From positions 1-45,203 of IMG/VR virus record IMGVR_UViG_3300046786_000414: a DNA stretch of 45,203 bases; one strand, given 5' to 3'. Source of the stretch: a virus (taxonomy: Duplodnaviria; Caudoviricetes). The position numbers were made by a program, and so were the translations under genes. Positions within the stretch are counted from its first letter, which is position 1; each line of letters begins with the position of its first letter. Shown here piece after piece: positions 1-10,800 of this stretch. The notes beneath the pieces are model-generated. The model was not told the DNA's origin. It did not search any database and saw only the letters and a program-made list of their open reading frames with translations.

Positions 1-100
1 CTTCCGGCGAAGCAAGGCGCAACCAGTTGGCGGGGTATTGGATGCCGTCGTGGGTGAACGCCACGTCGGGGCTCAGGGGCTTGCCGTCGAGGATGAACAT
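1..100 (-). CDS. 5' part of a second copy of the 175-aa tail-fibre assembly-like gene, truncated by the window edge
   Basis: Positions 1-100 are identical to 42222-42321; ATG at 100. Confidence 0.8.
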   Translation of the reverse strand, partial: MFILDGKPLSPDVAFTHDGIQYPANWLRLASPE

Positions 101-160
101 GGCTGGTGGTGCGGTGTTACATGGGGTGGGCCCCGTGGGGCTGATTAGTCTTGTTCACTA
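1..160 (+). repeat. Direct repeat, copy 1 (copy 2 at 42222-42381)
   Basis: 160 bp matching 42222-42381, with one mismatch seen (128 G vs 42349 A). Confidence 0.95.
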
Positions 161-3100
161 TTAGCGGGCGCGGGCGTATTGGAAAGGGTGCTCGGCGAAG
201 GCAAATCCGATAAAACTGCCACCAGAAGCGTTCATGTTTGCAAAGCTTGCTCGGATCTTGAATCCGTTACTTAGGACATCAATCAAGGATCCGTTGTCGT
301 ATTCAGCAGCGCTGGAGTTGGCAAACATCTCATTGCGTGCCACGTTGACCGGATCGCGAGCAGTATCAATCAGCAGCCAGGAGCCAGCAGAGTCCGTCCG
401 CTTTTGGATGATGAAGCGGGGGCGGAAACCTAGATAACACATAGGTCCGTCGCTCGAACCATTGCCGGTGTACGAAAACGCGGAAGAGTACCCGGCTACT
501 GGGGCGAAGCAGTAGGCCACATAAGTCGAACCGTTGCCATTTACCTCGCCACTTGTTTGAATCGTGAAAACAGAAGAAGTTGGAGTTACGTCCCAAGCGT
601 TACCGTAAAAAGCTGCACCGGTTGTGTTGAGGCTAATCCGACCAGTGGCTCCTAATGAGCGGTGATATACAGCCCAGTTATCTGATCCGCTTCTGATTTT
701 GCAAATAATGAAGTGTGGCGCGGCACCTAAACCATGTCCAACCGTCTGATTACTGGAGCCGTTGCCGGTGTACGTGACCACAGAGAATCCCGCACTCGGA
801 TTCGCCCGCACCTGACTAGTGATGGAGCCTTGTGTATTCGTGACGGTGGAGCTGCCGGCGTCCCAGGCCCAGGCGGCAAATGTCGAGCTATTCTTATTGA
901 TGCCATCGTCTATAGTCGCTGAACCAAGAGAGAAACCATCGGAGTTAAACGCAGTAAAGTTTTCGTAATCGCCCTGGTAAAGCCCTTCTGTGTCAGTTGA
1001 GTTGGAGTAAAGAGCTTTTGTCGTGCCACGAATAGTATCGTAGAGGCGGTGGAAAAAAGAACCACTGCGCGACTTAATCCACACCAGATCCGGCGAGAAT
1101 CCCAACCCCGAGATCGTCTGCGTACTGCCATTGCCCGTATACAGCTTCACATCCATCACCGTGGAAGGCTTTGTGACTACTGGCGCCGGGAGGTTTGCCG
1201 TATTGAGCGCCTTGAAGCCGCTGGGGGCGGTGTAGGCGAAGGGGCGTTGGCCGAAGTTGGCGGACGATGTACTTGAGGTTACGTGAGATACAGCAGGTAA
1301 ATACGTTCCACTTATTGAGGTAAATGCTGTTCCCTGAGAAACGCCGTTGTTATAGAAAACTAGAGTGCCCGCATCCAAATCAAGAGCAATACCGACGACG
1401 GTGCCATTGCCTATAGGACTGCCATAAGAGGCTGCCGTATTGTTACTATACTTTGTGCCGTCACCCCTGTAAGCATAGCTCGTGGCTGTATTTCCTATGT
1501 AAGTGTTGAACAGAGTTGGGTTGTAAGTAAGAGGGACAATGCCGATGTGGGTATTACCAGAACCAGAGACATCCGTTGTTGAAGTCACCTCCCAATACCA
1601 TTTACCAGAAGAAACGCCAATGGTGCCAGCGCAGGCTTTCCAGTCTCCAGTACCGTGTGCGGCATCAAGGTTGCCGTTCGCAAGCGTTAACGACGAGTTG
1701 ACTGCGTTCCAAGTACAGTAATTCCCCCTAACCTCACCCCCCACGCCCGTATCCGTCTGCGACCCATTAACGGGAACGTCTACGAGACTGTCGTCGCCTG
1801 CAGCAATCGTGGCGTTTGCAGTGGAGCTGGGCGGGTTAAAATTGCCGGTGTATTTGGCGACGCCTTTGTAGATGCGAAGGTCTTGCAGATAACCGTTCAA
1901 GTTGCCGCTTGTGGCTCCCGTAGGCTCTGCCGCCGAAACTGCAATGCCGTTTGGATTAGTGGATGCAGTTTCAGATGTTGTTGCAGATCCCTTTAATACG
2001 CCATCAACAAATACTCGAGCCGTCGAACCTGAGCGAGTAGCGGCAACGTGATACCATTTACCGCTTGACAACTCGTGCGCTGTAGAGATTGTTGGACTAG
2101 CAAAGTTGCTAATGGCCAAAATTATGTTTGTGCTGCCAACGACAAAGTCAAATCCAGGGTTTGACTCTGTAGGGCCCCACCCCACAATCCAGCTGGCAGC
2201 TGGATAGCCATTGCCTGAAGGAAGGGAATTTAAGTAAAGCCAAGCTTCAATGGTAAAATCTCCAGTCCCAAAATCAAAGTCGCTGCTAGACGCAAGCGTT
2301 AGATAATCACCGGTTCCATCAAACGCGCCACTACTGCCATAGAACTTACTTTGAGTCGTACTGGTTTTAGAGTCGCCATTGCGTGTAATGCTTTTAGCGC
2401 TACCACTCCCCTTAATCGTGGCGCTTTCATCCGTGAACGTCGTGCCGTTATTGGCTCCATCCATCGGGATCGCCAGCACAATCGAGCTGCTGTTGCTGTC
2501 GGTACGGGTGCCAGTCCCCTTGGTGGTGCCGTAGGTGTCGGTGGTGTTATAGACGGGCAGCGCACCAGATGCCGAAGCAACGGATGTAGGACCGCCAGTG
2601 TTAGCGCTGATGTTGTTGACAGTCCACGTGTTCCCATTCCCACTAGTGTCCGTCCCTAATGCGGCGGCGGTGCTGTTGTCGGAGAAGGGGAGGTGGAAAC
2701 CGTTGGTGCCGTAACTGCCGCTATACGCCTTGGGCATCCAGACGCCGGTGGTCGCGGAGAACTCACCGAAGCTGGTGGGGTCTAGCGCTTGGCCGTCGAT
2801 GAAGTGGATGTCGGCGAGGAGGCCGTCAAAATAACGAATAGAGGAAGATGGTCCTTTCCCTATCGTATGAACCCACGCTCCATTGATCCCGAGGTTCCCT
2901 GACAGAGAGCTTGCTAAAACCTGGACGCTATTTACAAATGCTTTAAGGGTTGATCCATTGTAGTTTACGACAACGTGATACCAAGCGGACACATCCCTAA
3001 ATACAGCAGCGGAAGCCGATGTATAATTAGATGTAGTCCAGTAAATTCCATCAACAGTGCTGTTGTAGTCAAAACCAAACTCAATCCAGTCAGTGTCATT

Positions 3101-3322
3101 GCTTGCACCGTAACCACCAAAGAGGACTTGACGATTCGAGCCTGTTATTAGCGTAGATCGCTTTACCCAGCCACTCCAGCTCCACGACTGACGGTTGCCG
3201 GCTGATGCGGGGGTGCGGGACAAGTAGGCACTGTCACTACTGTTGAAACGGAGGCTTCTGGAAATGGCGTAGCCACCACCACCTTCCTGCCCCAGCAGCA
3301 GGCTGTTGTTCAAGGCGCTCAT
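161..3322 (-). CDS. Tail fibre / receptor-binding protein, variant A (two LamG/concanavalin-like domains, a SPRY-like domain, a conserved C-terminal module)
   Basis: 1053 aa rich in G/S/T/N. Motifs WYHVVV, DFTIEAW...WYHVAATR...GYLQDLRIY and SSGKWYWE...ANFGQRPF. Lies directly downstream of the gp17-like gene. Confidence 0.8.
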   Translation of the reverse strand: MSALNNSLLLGQEGGGGYAISRSLRFNSSDSAYLSRTPASAGNRQSWSWSGWVKRSTLITGSNRQVLFGGYGASNDTDWIEFGFDYNSTVDGIYWTTSNYTSASAAVFRDVSAWYHVVVNYNGSTLKAFVNSVQVLASSLSGNLGINGAWVHTIGKGPSSSIRYFDGLLADIHFIDGQALDPTSFGEFSATTGVWMPKAYSGSYGTNGFHLPFSDNSTAAALGTDTSGNGNTWTVNNISANTGGPTSVASASGALPVYNTTDTYGTTKGTGTRTDSNSSSIVLAIPMDGANNGTTFTDESATIKGSGSAKSITRNGDSKTSTTQSKFYGSSGAFDGTGDYLTLASSSDFDFGTGDFTIEAWLYLNSLPSGNGYPAASWIVGWGPTESNPGFDFVVGSTNIILAISNFASPTISTAHELSSGKWYHVAATRSGSTARVFVDGVLKGSATTSETASTNPNGIAVSAAEPTGATSGNLNGYLQDLRIYKGVAKYTGNFNPPSSTANATIAAGDDSLVDVPVNGSQTDTGVGGEVRGNYCTWNAVNSSLTLANGNLDAAHGTGDWKACAGTIGVSSGKWYWEVTSTTDVSGSGNTHIGIVPLTYNPTLFNTYIGNTATSYAYRGDGTKYSNNTAASYGSPIGNGTVVGIALDLDAGTLVFYNNGVSQGTAFTSISGTYLPAVSHVTSSTSSANFGQRPFAYTAPSGFKALNTANLPAPVVTKPSTVMDVKLYTGNGSTQTISGLGFSPDLVWIKSRSGSFFHRLYDTIRGTTKALYSNSTDTEGLYQGDYENFTAFNSDGFSLGSATIDDGINKNSSTFAAWAWDAGSSTVTNTQGSITSQVRANPSAGFSVVTYTGNGSSNQTVGHGLGAAPHFIICKIRSGSDNWAVYHRSLGATGRISLNTTGAAFYGNAWDVTPTSSVFTIQTSGEVNGNGSTYVAYCFAPVAGYSSAFSYTGNGSSDGPMCYLGFRPRFIIQKRTDSAGSWLLIDTARDPVNVARNEMFANSSAAEYDNGSLIDVLSNGFKIRASFANMNASGGSFIGFAFAEHPFQYARAR

Positions 3323-3738
3323 TTCACGTCACCAATAAAGCGGACCGCAATGCGAGTCGTTGTCTCGCAGTGATAGGCCAAGAGATCCACAGCATTGGCC
3401 GTTGTGGTGAGCGTCGGTGCCGTGCCCCCTGGGAACTTAAAGACCGAATTGAAGGCCAAACTCCTGGACCCCGAGCCGTCCTGGACCACACGGATCACAC
3501 CGCTCTGACCAGCGACAACATTCGTCGGGGCACCAAGGGTTCTTGAGCCACCGAGGACCACCTGGAACTGGTTGCCAAGGCTCAGGTCCGTGGCAATCGT
3601 TGCTGCATCGGTGAGCGTCACATAGGCGCCGCGTTGAGCAGCAGTGAAGGTCTGTGCAACGTCGGTCTTGGCCGTGTCGGCGTCATAGCTCTGCACCGTC
3701 GTGCCGATGGCGCTGGTTGCCAGGTAGCCGCTCATGGC
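3319..3738 (+). repeat. Diverged direct repeat, copy 1 (copy 2 at 44784-45203)
   Basis: Nearly the same protein sequence with many synonymous substitutions; offset 41465. Confidence 0.9.
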
Positions 3739-5004
3739 TGCCTGCGTCTGATAAGTGCTGGATGCAGTCGCAGTCGTCAGGTAAGACGACATGCCAGCTT
3801 GCGTTTGATAGGTACTGGCAGCTGCCGCAGAAGTCAGATAACCCGTCACCGTCGAGCCAGCTGGGATCGTCACGGGTCCGGTGAAGGCCCCATTACCGGC
3901 AGAGTCAAATGTGAGCCGGGCAACGCCACCTGTAATCAGGGCCAACTCGTTGGCGCCCAGCCGGCCCATGCCGGTGTCTGGGTCGCCGTCAAAGGCGTAG
4001 CCAGGTGTCACAGCAGATGCGCTGTCATCACCCCGGAGCTGACCGGTAAGCGTTCCGCCTGATTGCTTGAGGTAGCGGGTGTCGGAATCGGATGCGAAGT
4101 AGCCGAACCACACCCAGCTGCTGGTGGCGGCGCTGTACTGGATCCGTGCGCTGATGCCTGAGTCGCCAACGAAGCCAGGCGGCAACCCGCTCAGCGGAGT
4201 GAAGCTCTGGATGCCAGTGGAGTCAGTGACTTGAATCGCCTGGCCGCCAGTCGGTGACGCTGGGATGGCGGCAACGTTGGCAACAGGAGTGAAAACGGCT
4301 GACGTGCTGATCGCGGTGATCGCACTGTTGGCCTTGGCGTCGGCTGCTGCTGCAACTGACGAAGCTGATGCGGCCGTGCTTGAAGCGCTGTTTGCGGTTG
4401 AAACCGCCGCTGTGCTTTGGCTCAGCGCGGTGTTGCTCTGAGATAGGGCGGTGGCCGCATTTGCCGCGGCAGTCGACGCCGTTGAAGAGGCGGAGTTCGC
4501 AGTGCTAGTCGCCGCTGCCGCTGAAGCTGCCGCGCTGTTGGCGGTTGCCGTCGCCGCTGCCGCCGCGGTTGAGGCGCTTGTGGCCGTTGCACTTGCGGCT
4601 GTGGCGACAACGGATGATTGATCGCCTTGGTCGTATCGCTCTTGATTGAGATAGGTATTGAAGAGCGTGTCATCATTCAGCTGATCAGCCGTCAGCAGCG
4701 ACGATGACTGGAAGGTGACATATGCAGACGTGGATGGGGTGATGCGTTGCACCTTGACCCATTCACCAGCGGAGATCCCTGTCGCCAGCCTGGCGATGGT
4801 GCCAGCGCTTGCAAAGTCCCACTGCGATGGTCGACTTAACTCTGTCCAGGTCGACCCGGAGTTGCTGCTTTTGTAGACATGTACATGCGCTCTTTGCAGA
4901 TATGCAATCGCATTGCCAGTGGTTGAGATAAGGGCAAAGTCAACGGAACCGGCAGCTGCCCCCGTGTAGACGTTCCCGCTGTATGTGAACGATGGCGCAG
5001 TCAC
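3319..5004 (-). CDS. T7 gp17-like tail fibre / adaptor protein
   Basis: N-terminus resembles the gp17 anchor (VKVQRITP...FQSSSLLTADQLN...YLNQE). Ala/Ser/Thr stalk with 19-aa repeats (YLTxAxAxSTYQTQAxMS). Follows the internal virion genes. Confidence 0.75.
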   Translation of the reverse strand: MTAPSFTYSGNVYTGAAAGSVDFALISTTGNAIAYLQRAHVHVYKSSNSGSTWTELSRPSQWDFASAGTIARLATGISAGEWVKVQRITPSTSAYVTFQSSSLLTADQLNDDTLFNTYLNQERYDQGDQSSVVATAASATATSASTAAAAATATANSAAASAAAATSTANSASSTASTAAANAATALSQSNTALSQSTAAVSTANSASSTAASASSVAAAADAKANSAITAISTSAVFTPVANVAAIPASPTGGQAIQVTDSTGIQSFTPLSGLPPGFVGDSGISARIQYSAATSSWVWFGYFASDSDTRYLKQSGGTLTGQLRGDDSASAVTPGYAFDGDPDTGMGRLGANELALITGGVARLTFDSAGNGAFTGPVTIPAGSTVTGYLTSAAAASTYQTQAGMSSYLTTATASSTYQTQAAMSGYLATSAIGTTVQSYDADTAKTDVAQTFTAAQRGAYVTLTDAATIATDLSLGNQFQVVLGGSRTLGAPTNVVAGQSGVIRVVQDGSGSRSLAFNSVFKFPGGTAPTLTTTANAVDLLAYHCETTTRIAVRFIGDVK

Positions 5005-5037
5005 TGGTTGCCCCTATCACTTGTGTCAAGACTACCG

Positions 5038-7899
5038 CTAGTAACCTCGACGGGCACGCTCGTACAAGGCGTCAATCTGACTGCCAATGGTTGATGCTTC
5101 GCTGGCGTTATTAGCCATTGCAGCATTGCGTCTTCCCTCAAGAAGCATGTAACGCTCACGCAGGCCAGCGTTACTTTGGATCACCCTGCTGTATGCAGCG
5201 TCGTAGTAGTCATTGATGATGTTGTCGAGCCCTTGCTCGATCTTGGTGCGAATGTCCATGAACGCTGCACCGCGCTTGTCGACATACGTCTGAACCTCTG
5301 GCCGATTGCGGTACGCCAGCACCGCCTGCCGCAGCGTCTGACCGCCAATGCGGATCGTCGCCATCTCCTGGTTCAGCTCCTGCTGCTCACGCACTGTGAC
5401 CTTGAGCCCAGAACGAGACGGGCTCTTCTCGGTGTAGCTCCCTTTGATCTCAAAGATCGCCTGCCAAGCAGCATCGGCATCACGCTTGCCACGGGGCAAG
5501 AAGGGGATAGCCATCTGCAGCGGGTTCAACCCGCCAGGCCCCTCGCCTGGGTAGGTCGGCACTGGCTCCCCGGTGATCTGATCGATCAACAGCGGGGTCG
5601 CCCCACCGGCTCCCGGAATCCGGTCGGTCAGCCTGGCAAAGATTCCCGTGCCAAACGTGTCCTCATGGACGCGCATCACCTCGGCAAACGTGGCGCCCTG
5701 GTAGGCGTGCTTGTAGGGATCCACGATCTTGTCCACGTAGTTCAACAAGCCCCCAAAGGGTGTTTGCGTTGCCGCGTAGTTCTGCAGAAGGCGAGCCCCC
5801 TTGGAGCCCAGCACAAGGTTCTTGTCGCTCAACGTGTCCATCACATCGTTGATGCCACGCAAGAACGTTGCCTGGTACAGACCGCTGACCATGATCCCGG
5901 CCATGGCAGCGACCCATTCCTCCTGAGCAGCCTGCGGGACATAAGCGCTGTACTGGCCCATGTCTGCTGCCATTCGCAGAACGCCAGCGACTGGCTCCCC
6001 GAAGCGGTCAAAGGGGATCTCCATGTCGCCCAGCTTCAGCACATAGGGCCTGTTGCCAGCACTCTCCCAAGCCTTTTGCGCAGCACTGCCCCGACCGCCA
6101 GAGGACCAGCGGCCAGGGCCACCGCCAACGATCTGACCATCCATGGCCATGCCGTAGAACGCCGCGGCCACCGTGGTGGTGAACGCAATCTGCCCAGCCA
6201 CTCGGAAGGTCTCACCGGGATCCTTGAGCAGCTCCTGCTGAATCGCCAGCACTGACGCAGTGGGGTTGAACCCAGCGCCGGCGATGGCCTTGCTGGCGTT
6301 CATCACTGCCCCAAAGCCAGTGGACTCGACAAAGCCCTGCTTCAGGATGTTCAGCGGGGTACGGACGAATGGAACGAAAGGCCGCAGGTATGGAGCTGTC
6401 TGCAGCAGGTTGTTGACCTTCTGTGCCAGAGGGTTCAGCTCCTGGAACGTGGCGCGGTCGGCCTCAGCCGAAATGCCATTCATCAGGTTGTAGGCACTGT
6501 CGAGCTTGTACTTCTCCCAAAGCTCTGGCTTGTGCAGGTTGAACGCTGCATTGGCCTCCTTCTGGATGAAGGTCTCCAGTGCTGCCTTGTCCTTTAAGTC
6601 CACGCCTTCCCGAGCTGCACGTTGCACAGCACGAGCAGCCACCTCACCGCGGATCACCAAGTGCTTGGCGAACTCGTCTGTTCCGAGCAGCGCCCTGGAC
6701 GGCAAACGCAGCACCTGCCCAAGGGTGTCCACCGTGTCCTTGAGGCCATCACTGACTTCAACCCCGCGACGGCCCAATAGCTCCTCCAGCTTCCCACCGG
6801 TGATCGCAGCATTGATGCCTGTCTCTGCACCGGCCTGATACAGAGTTGTCTCTGTCCGAGCGGCGTGCCAGCCCAGCTCCAGCGCATCGCGCCATGCAAC
6901 ACGCATGGCGGACAACGCAGCACCAGCTTCAGTTGCGGCCTGCTCTGCCATCTGCCGGCCAGCCATGCCGGTGGCTGCATAAGCACTGGCTGCACCCAAC
7001 TGCAGCATCGGCCGGGTCACTGCCCAGACCACGCCAGCAGCGTTGGTGACAAAGGTGCCAGGCGCTGACAGCAGACCGTTAATGAACACCTCGGTCCAAG
7101 CGTTGCCTGCAATCTCCAAGCTCATCGATGACTTGGCGATCTTCAGGGGGTCATCGAGGAACTTGACCCGCTTTGCCAAGTTGATCAGCTCGTTGATGCC
7201 ATCAACCTTTTGCTGACCGTCGCCTTGGAGCTTGGCGGCGATCTCCGTGAACTTGTCCTGATACTGGCCAACGTTGCCTAAGCGATCCGCCGTTTCCTGC
7301 AAGAAGCGGTCTGCATCACGGGTGGCATTTGGAACTCCACGCCGGAGGGCTTGTGTACGCAGGCCACGGCCATAGCTCTGGTCCCAGCCGAGCACGTATC
7401 CGCCGAAGCGGGACAGGTGCTGCATCTGCTGGGCAAAGATCAACCCTTCGGTGGTTGCGTTCTGGCCTGCGTCAACCTGACGCAGGAAGTTTTCTCCTGC
7501 CTGCTTGATCGCACCAGCCGTTGACTCCAGGTAGGTCTTGGTGACCGCTGCGGCGAGGCCTTCCTCTTCACCGCCCACCATGGCGGCCTTGTACACCGCA
7601 TCTCTCGCCCCAGCCTTGGCAGCTTCTTCCGTTGCCTTCTTATCAACGCGAAGCCAGCCCATCTTCCGGTAGTAAGCCGTCAGCTCGCTCCACTCCATCG
7701 GCAGCATTTGCTGCAGATGTTTCACCATCTTGCGAGTGGTTACTTCATCAAACCCCTCCCGCTGCTTGGTGTAGAGGCCTGATGCTTCCGCTGCACGTAG
7801 AGCGCCGACAAAGAACTCACCGCGATCAGCGGCTTCCGAACGTTCGATGAACCGCGGAGTTGCGTAGGGGCTGGGGTTGGCACATGCGACGCGGGCCAT
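5038..7899 (-). CDS. Internal virion (ejection) protein, gp16 C-terminal-like
   Basis: 953 aa, helical. Motifs FINGLLSAPGT, DEFAKH, PFVRTPLNI and GGGP resemble T7-like large core proteins. Sits just upstream of the tail fibre. Confidence 0.65.
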   Translation of the reverse strand: MARVACANPSPYATPRFIERSEAADRGEFFVGALRAAEASGLYTKQREGFDEVTTRKMVKHLQQMLPMEWSELTAYYRKMGWLRVDKKATEEAAKAGARDAVYKAAMVGGEEEGLAAAVTKTYLESTAGAIKQAGENFLRQVDAGQNATTEGLIFAQQMQHLSRFGGYVLGWDQSYGRGLRTQALRRGVPNATRDADRFLQETADRLGNVGQYQDKFTEIAAKLQGDGQQKVDGINELINLAKRVKFLDDPLKIAKSSMSLEIAGNAWTEVFINGLLSAPGTFVTNAAGVVWAVTRPMLQLGAASAYAATGMAGRQMAEQAATEAGAALSAMRVAWRDALELGWHAARTETTLYQAGAETGINAAITGGKLEELLGRRGVEVSDGLKDTVDTLGQVLRLPSRALLGTDEFAKHLVIRGEVAARAVQRAAREGVDLKDKAALETFIQKEANAAFNLHKPELWEKYKLDSAYNLMNGISAEADRATFQELNPLAQKVNNLLQTAPYLRPFVPFVRTPLNILKQGFVESTGFGAVMNASKAIAGAGFNPTASVLAIQQELLKDPGETFRVAGQIAFTTTVAAAFYGMAMDGQIVGGGPGRWSSGGRGSAAQKAWESAGNRPYVLKLGDMEIPFDRFGEPVAGVLRMAADMGQYSAYVPQAAQEEWVAAMAGIMVSGLYQATFLRGINDVMDTLSDKNLVLGSKGARLLQNYAATQTPFGGLLNYVDKIVDPYKHAYQGATFAEVMRVHEDTFGTGIFARLTDRIPGAGGATPLLIDQITGEPVPTYPGEGPGGLNPLQMAIPFLPRGKRDADAAWQAIFEIKGSYTEKSPSRSGLKVTVREQQELNQEMATIRIGGQTLRQAVLAYRNRPEVQTYVDKRGAAFMDIRTKIEQGLDNIINDYYDAAYSRVIQSNAGLRERYMLLEGRRNAAMANNASEASTIGSQIDALYERARRGY

Positions 7900-10800
7900 C
7901 AGAGATCCTCACAATGCAGTCCACCGTTATCCAGGGTGGTTCTGGTGTCGTTGACAAGACCATCAACGAATCGCTGCGCTCTTGCCTGAGGCTCAAGCAG
8001 CTTCATTTCTGTGTCTAGTTTGTCGGCCAAGTTGCGCAATGCACGCAGCTTGGGGCTGCCTTTGATGTCGCCCGCTTCTTGCAGCACATCACGGATGCCG
8101 TTCTGCAAGGCAAGCATGTCGCCCTGAGACAGCTCAAACGTGCGCTTTTGCGGGCCTAGCTCATTGATGTTGAAGAACGCACTCTCGCCGCGACGCGTCT
8201 TCCACGCCTCATCCAACTTGCCATCCAGGCTGGGCAGGATGCCCTGAACAGCGCGGATCTGTGCATCGGTGAGCTTGACTTTGCCAACAATGTCTGAGTC
8301 ATACACCGGATTGCCGATGGTCACGTTCATCATTTCATCGGTTGCATCAGCCTCCATCTGCCGAGCCCTGGCAAGCACTGCATCGCGGTTCTGCTGTAGT
8401 TGCTGCTCAGCAAGTTGATCAGCTTGGCGCTTGGTAGTTGTGCGTCCAAGGAGTTCACCATTCTCATCAAACACTTCCCAGCCGCGGCCTATCTCAGCCT
8501 TGCGCACCTCAGGAACTGGAACGGTGTCAAGGGTTGTGCCCAGCATTTCGCGCACAACCGTCTGGTCATCCATTAGCCCCTGCAGCCCCTGGGCATCTGC
8601 AGCGCTGAGCCGTAGCTCCTCGGCGGTGTCGAACTGGTTGAGGTTCTGACCAGCACGGATGGCCTCCTCCTGAGCAGCCACCGTGGCCTGATCCACCTTC
8701 AACTCAGGTGGCATCGCGGCCTGTTGCGCCTCCCAGTTGTCGTAGGCATCCCGAGCTTCCTTAGCCGCCAGGTTGTCCTGCACCTCAGGACGCATCTGCG
8801 GATTGCCGTTGACCAGCTCCTTGTTCCACAGCCACTCCTCGTAGCGAGTGGCCTCGTCGATCTTGGTGGCCTGATCGATCACCAGATCACCGCGGTCCAG
8901 ATCAGCCGCAGCCTTCCGGTTGAACCGGACTCCCATGGTGTCTGGATCGATAGATGCCCAGCCCTCGTTGAGCCCGCGCTCATAGAGGAAGTTCATCCAG
9001 ACCGAATCAGAAGCCGGCACCACGCCGTACTTGTTTGCAGCCGGGCGGAAGTTGTTGAGGTACTCCAGGGCATCAACCCTGGTACGCGGCATGATATTCC
9101 GGACCTGCGACTGAAGCTCCTCGCTGGCCGTAACGCTGGGCAGGGCTTTGCTGAAGTCGCCCATGGAGCGCATGATCCCGTCAGGCCCCTCAACAAACGT
9201 CAGCTGTTGAGCTTCCATGAACGCCTTGTACGCATCACGCTCAAACGCATCACGGATGGTCTGCGGCGTGACGGTGACCTCTGGTGGCCGCGGCCCAAGG
9301 TCAACAACCTGCACCGGACTAGGCGGTGGGAGCATCTCCCCGCTGCCAGCTCCAAGCAATCCAGCCGGGGAAGCACCAGGTGGCTTGGCCTCAGGACCGC
9401 CTGGCAGCAGCTGTTGCGCCTGACCTTCAGGCAACATCCCGGCAGGAGCTGTGGCTCCTGGCAAAGCTTCCTGGCTGTTGGCAACCATTTGCTGGTTGGC
9501 CAACAGCTGTTCTGGATTCAGTCCAGTCGCTTCAGGAGCTTGACCTGGCGTGGCAAAGACCTGTGGGCCCTGCCCGAAAGGGACGATCTGGCTATCTGCA
9601 GCTTGACGTGCTTGTGTCTGCTGCAGATCTTGCAGGAACTGGTTCTTGGTTTCCTGAGTGCGACGGGCCTGGTCAACCTGGAACTGCAGGTCGCTCATCG
9701 CGCCCGGCATCCGTACACCGGCTACTCGGCCCTGGGCCACCAGGGTGCGGCCGATGCTGTCGCCGATCTCCTGGCTGCTGGCGTTCAGCGCTTCAACAAT
9801 CAGTCGGCGCTCACCATCCCCCGCTGTGCGGAAGTTCTTGGCGTACTTGTAGACGCGGTACTGATCGATGATCCCGTTCAGCACCGGGGCCATGACCAGG
9901 CCCTCCAGCATCTGCTTGGCCTTGCGGGTCAGCGCGTTGTCTTCCGCATAGGTGGCCGTGGTGTTGCCCAGAGACTGCAACCAAGGAACGCCCGTGGAAG
10001 AGAGCATGTCCCCGAAGGTCTCGTCGAACTCGGCATCACCCTCCCCATAGACGTTGAACGCAGCAAAGGCATCCCAAGCCAAAGCCTGGCCAACAGTGCG
10101 AATCCGTGCTCCAGGCGTCCCCTTGCTCAGCTGGGTCCACGCCTTGGCGGACTGCCGAACGTCGTCCATCCAGCCCCCCACTTCGGGGACTGACTTGGCT
10201 ACGTCCTGGTAGGTCAGGGCCAACCAGTCATTACGGATCGCACGGCTGGCAGCCCGCTGAGCAGCGGTGCCTTTCTGGAACGTCTTCTCAACCTGCCCTA
10301 GTGCCGTGGCTGCAGTGGTGACCTTCTTGGCGTTGGCCAGGTCATCCAGCTTGGTGAGCAAATTGCTGGCCCCAGCAGCAGCTTCGGCTACACCGCCAAG
10401 TGCGCCGACTTTTCCGGCCACACCAAGCGCTTTGGCCGGAACACTGATCGCCAGCTTGGGCAGCGTTGTGACCATGGTGCCGAGACGCACCAAGTTGCTG
10501 ACCGCCTGACCGGCCTGGGTTTCAGTGCGAAACGTGTCGCGGCGCCATTGGGTCCAGGGGTTATCGCTGTCGTCGAAGACGTTGACGTTCTCGTCAAACT
10601 CTCCAGTGGCAACCAGGCTGCCGGTCTGGCGAACCACATCTGCAACGCCAGCACCCAGGTCAAGGAAGTCAGTACCGAGGCCCACTGCAGCGTTGGCCGC
10701 GATCTTGCCCAGGTCACCGAAGAGCTGCCCAGCGTTCTGAGCAAACAAGGGGCGCTGATCGCCACCCTGCTGCATTGCCATTTCGGCAGTCTTCAGCTCA

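Noticed and set aside
1-160. Plain circular overlap or physical terminal repeat
   Set aside because: The match ends at the RBP stop codon and lies about 2.8 kb inside the far end, followed by divergent sequence. The physical termini more likely lie near 18 kb.
8724-10193. Long antisense ORFs (also 5176-6255, 29665-30816, 33292-34224, 35751-36596, 15966-16745)
   Set aside because: They are shadows of GC-rich coding genes on the opposite strand and have no recognisable motifs.
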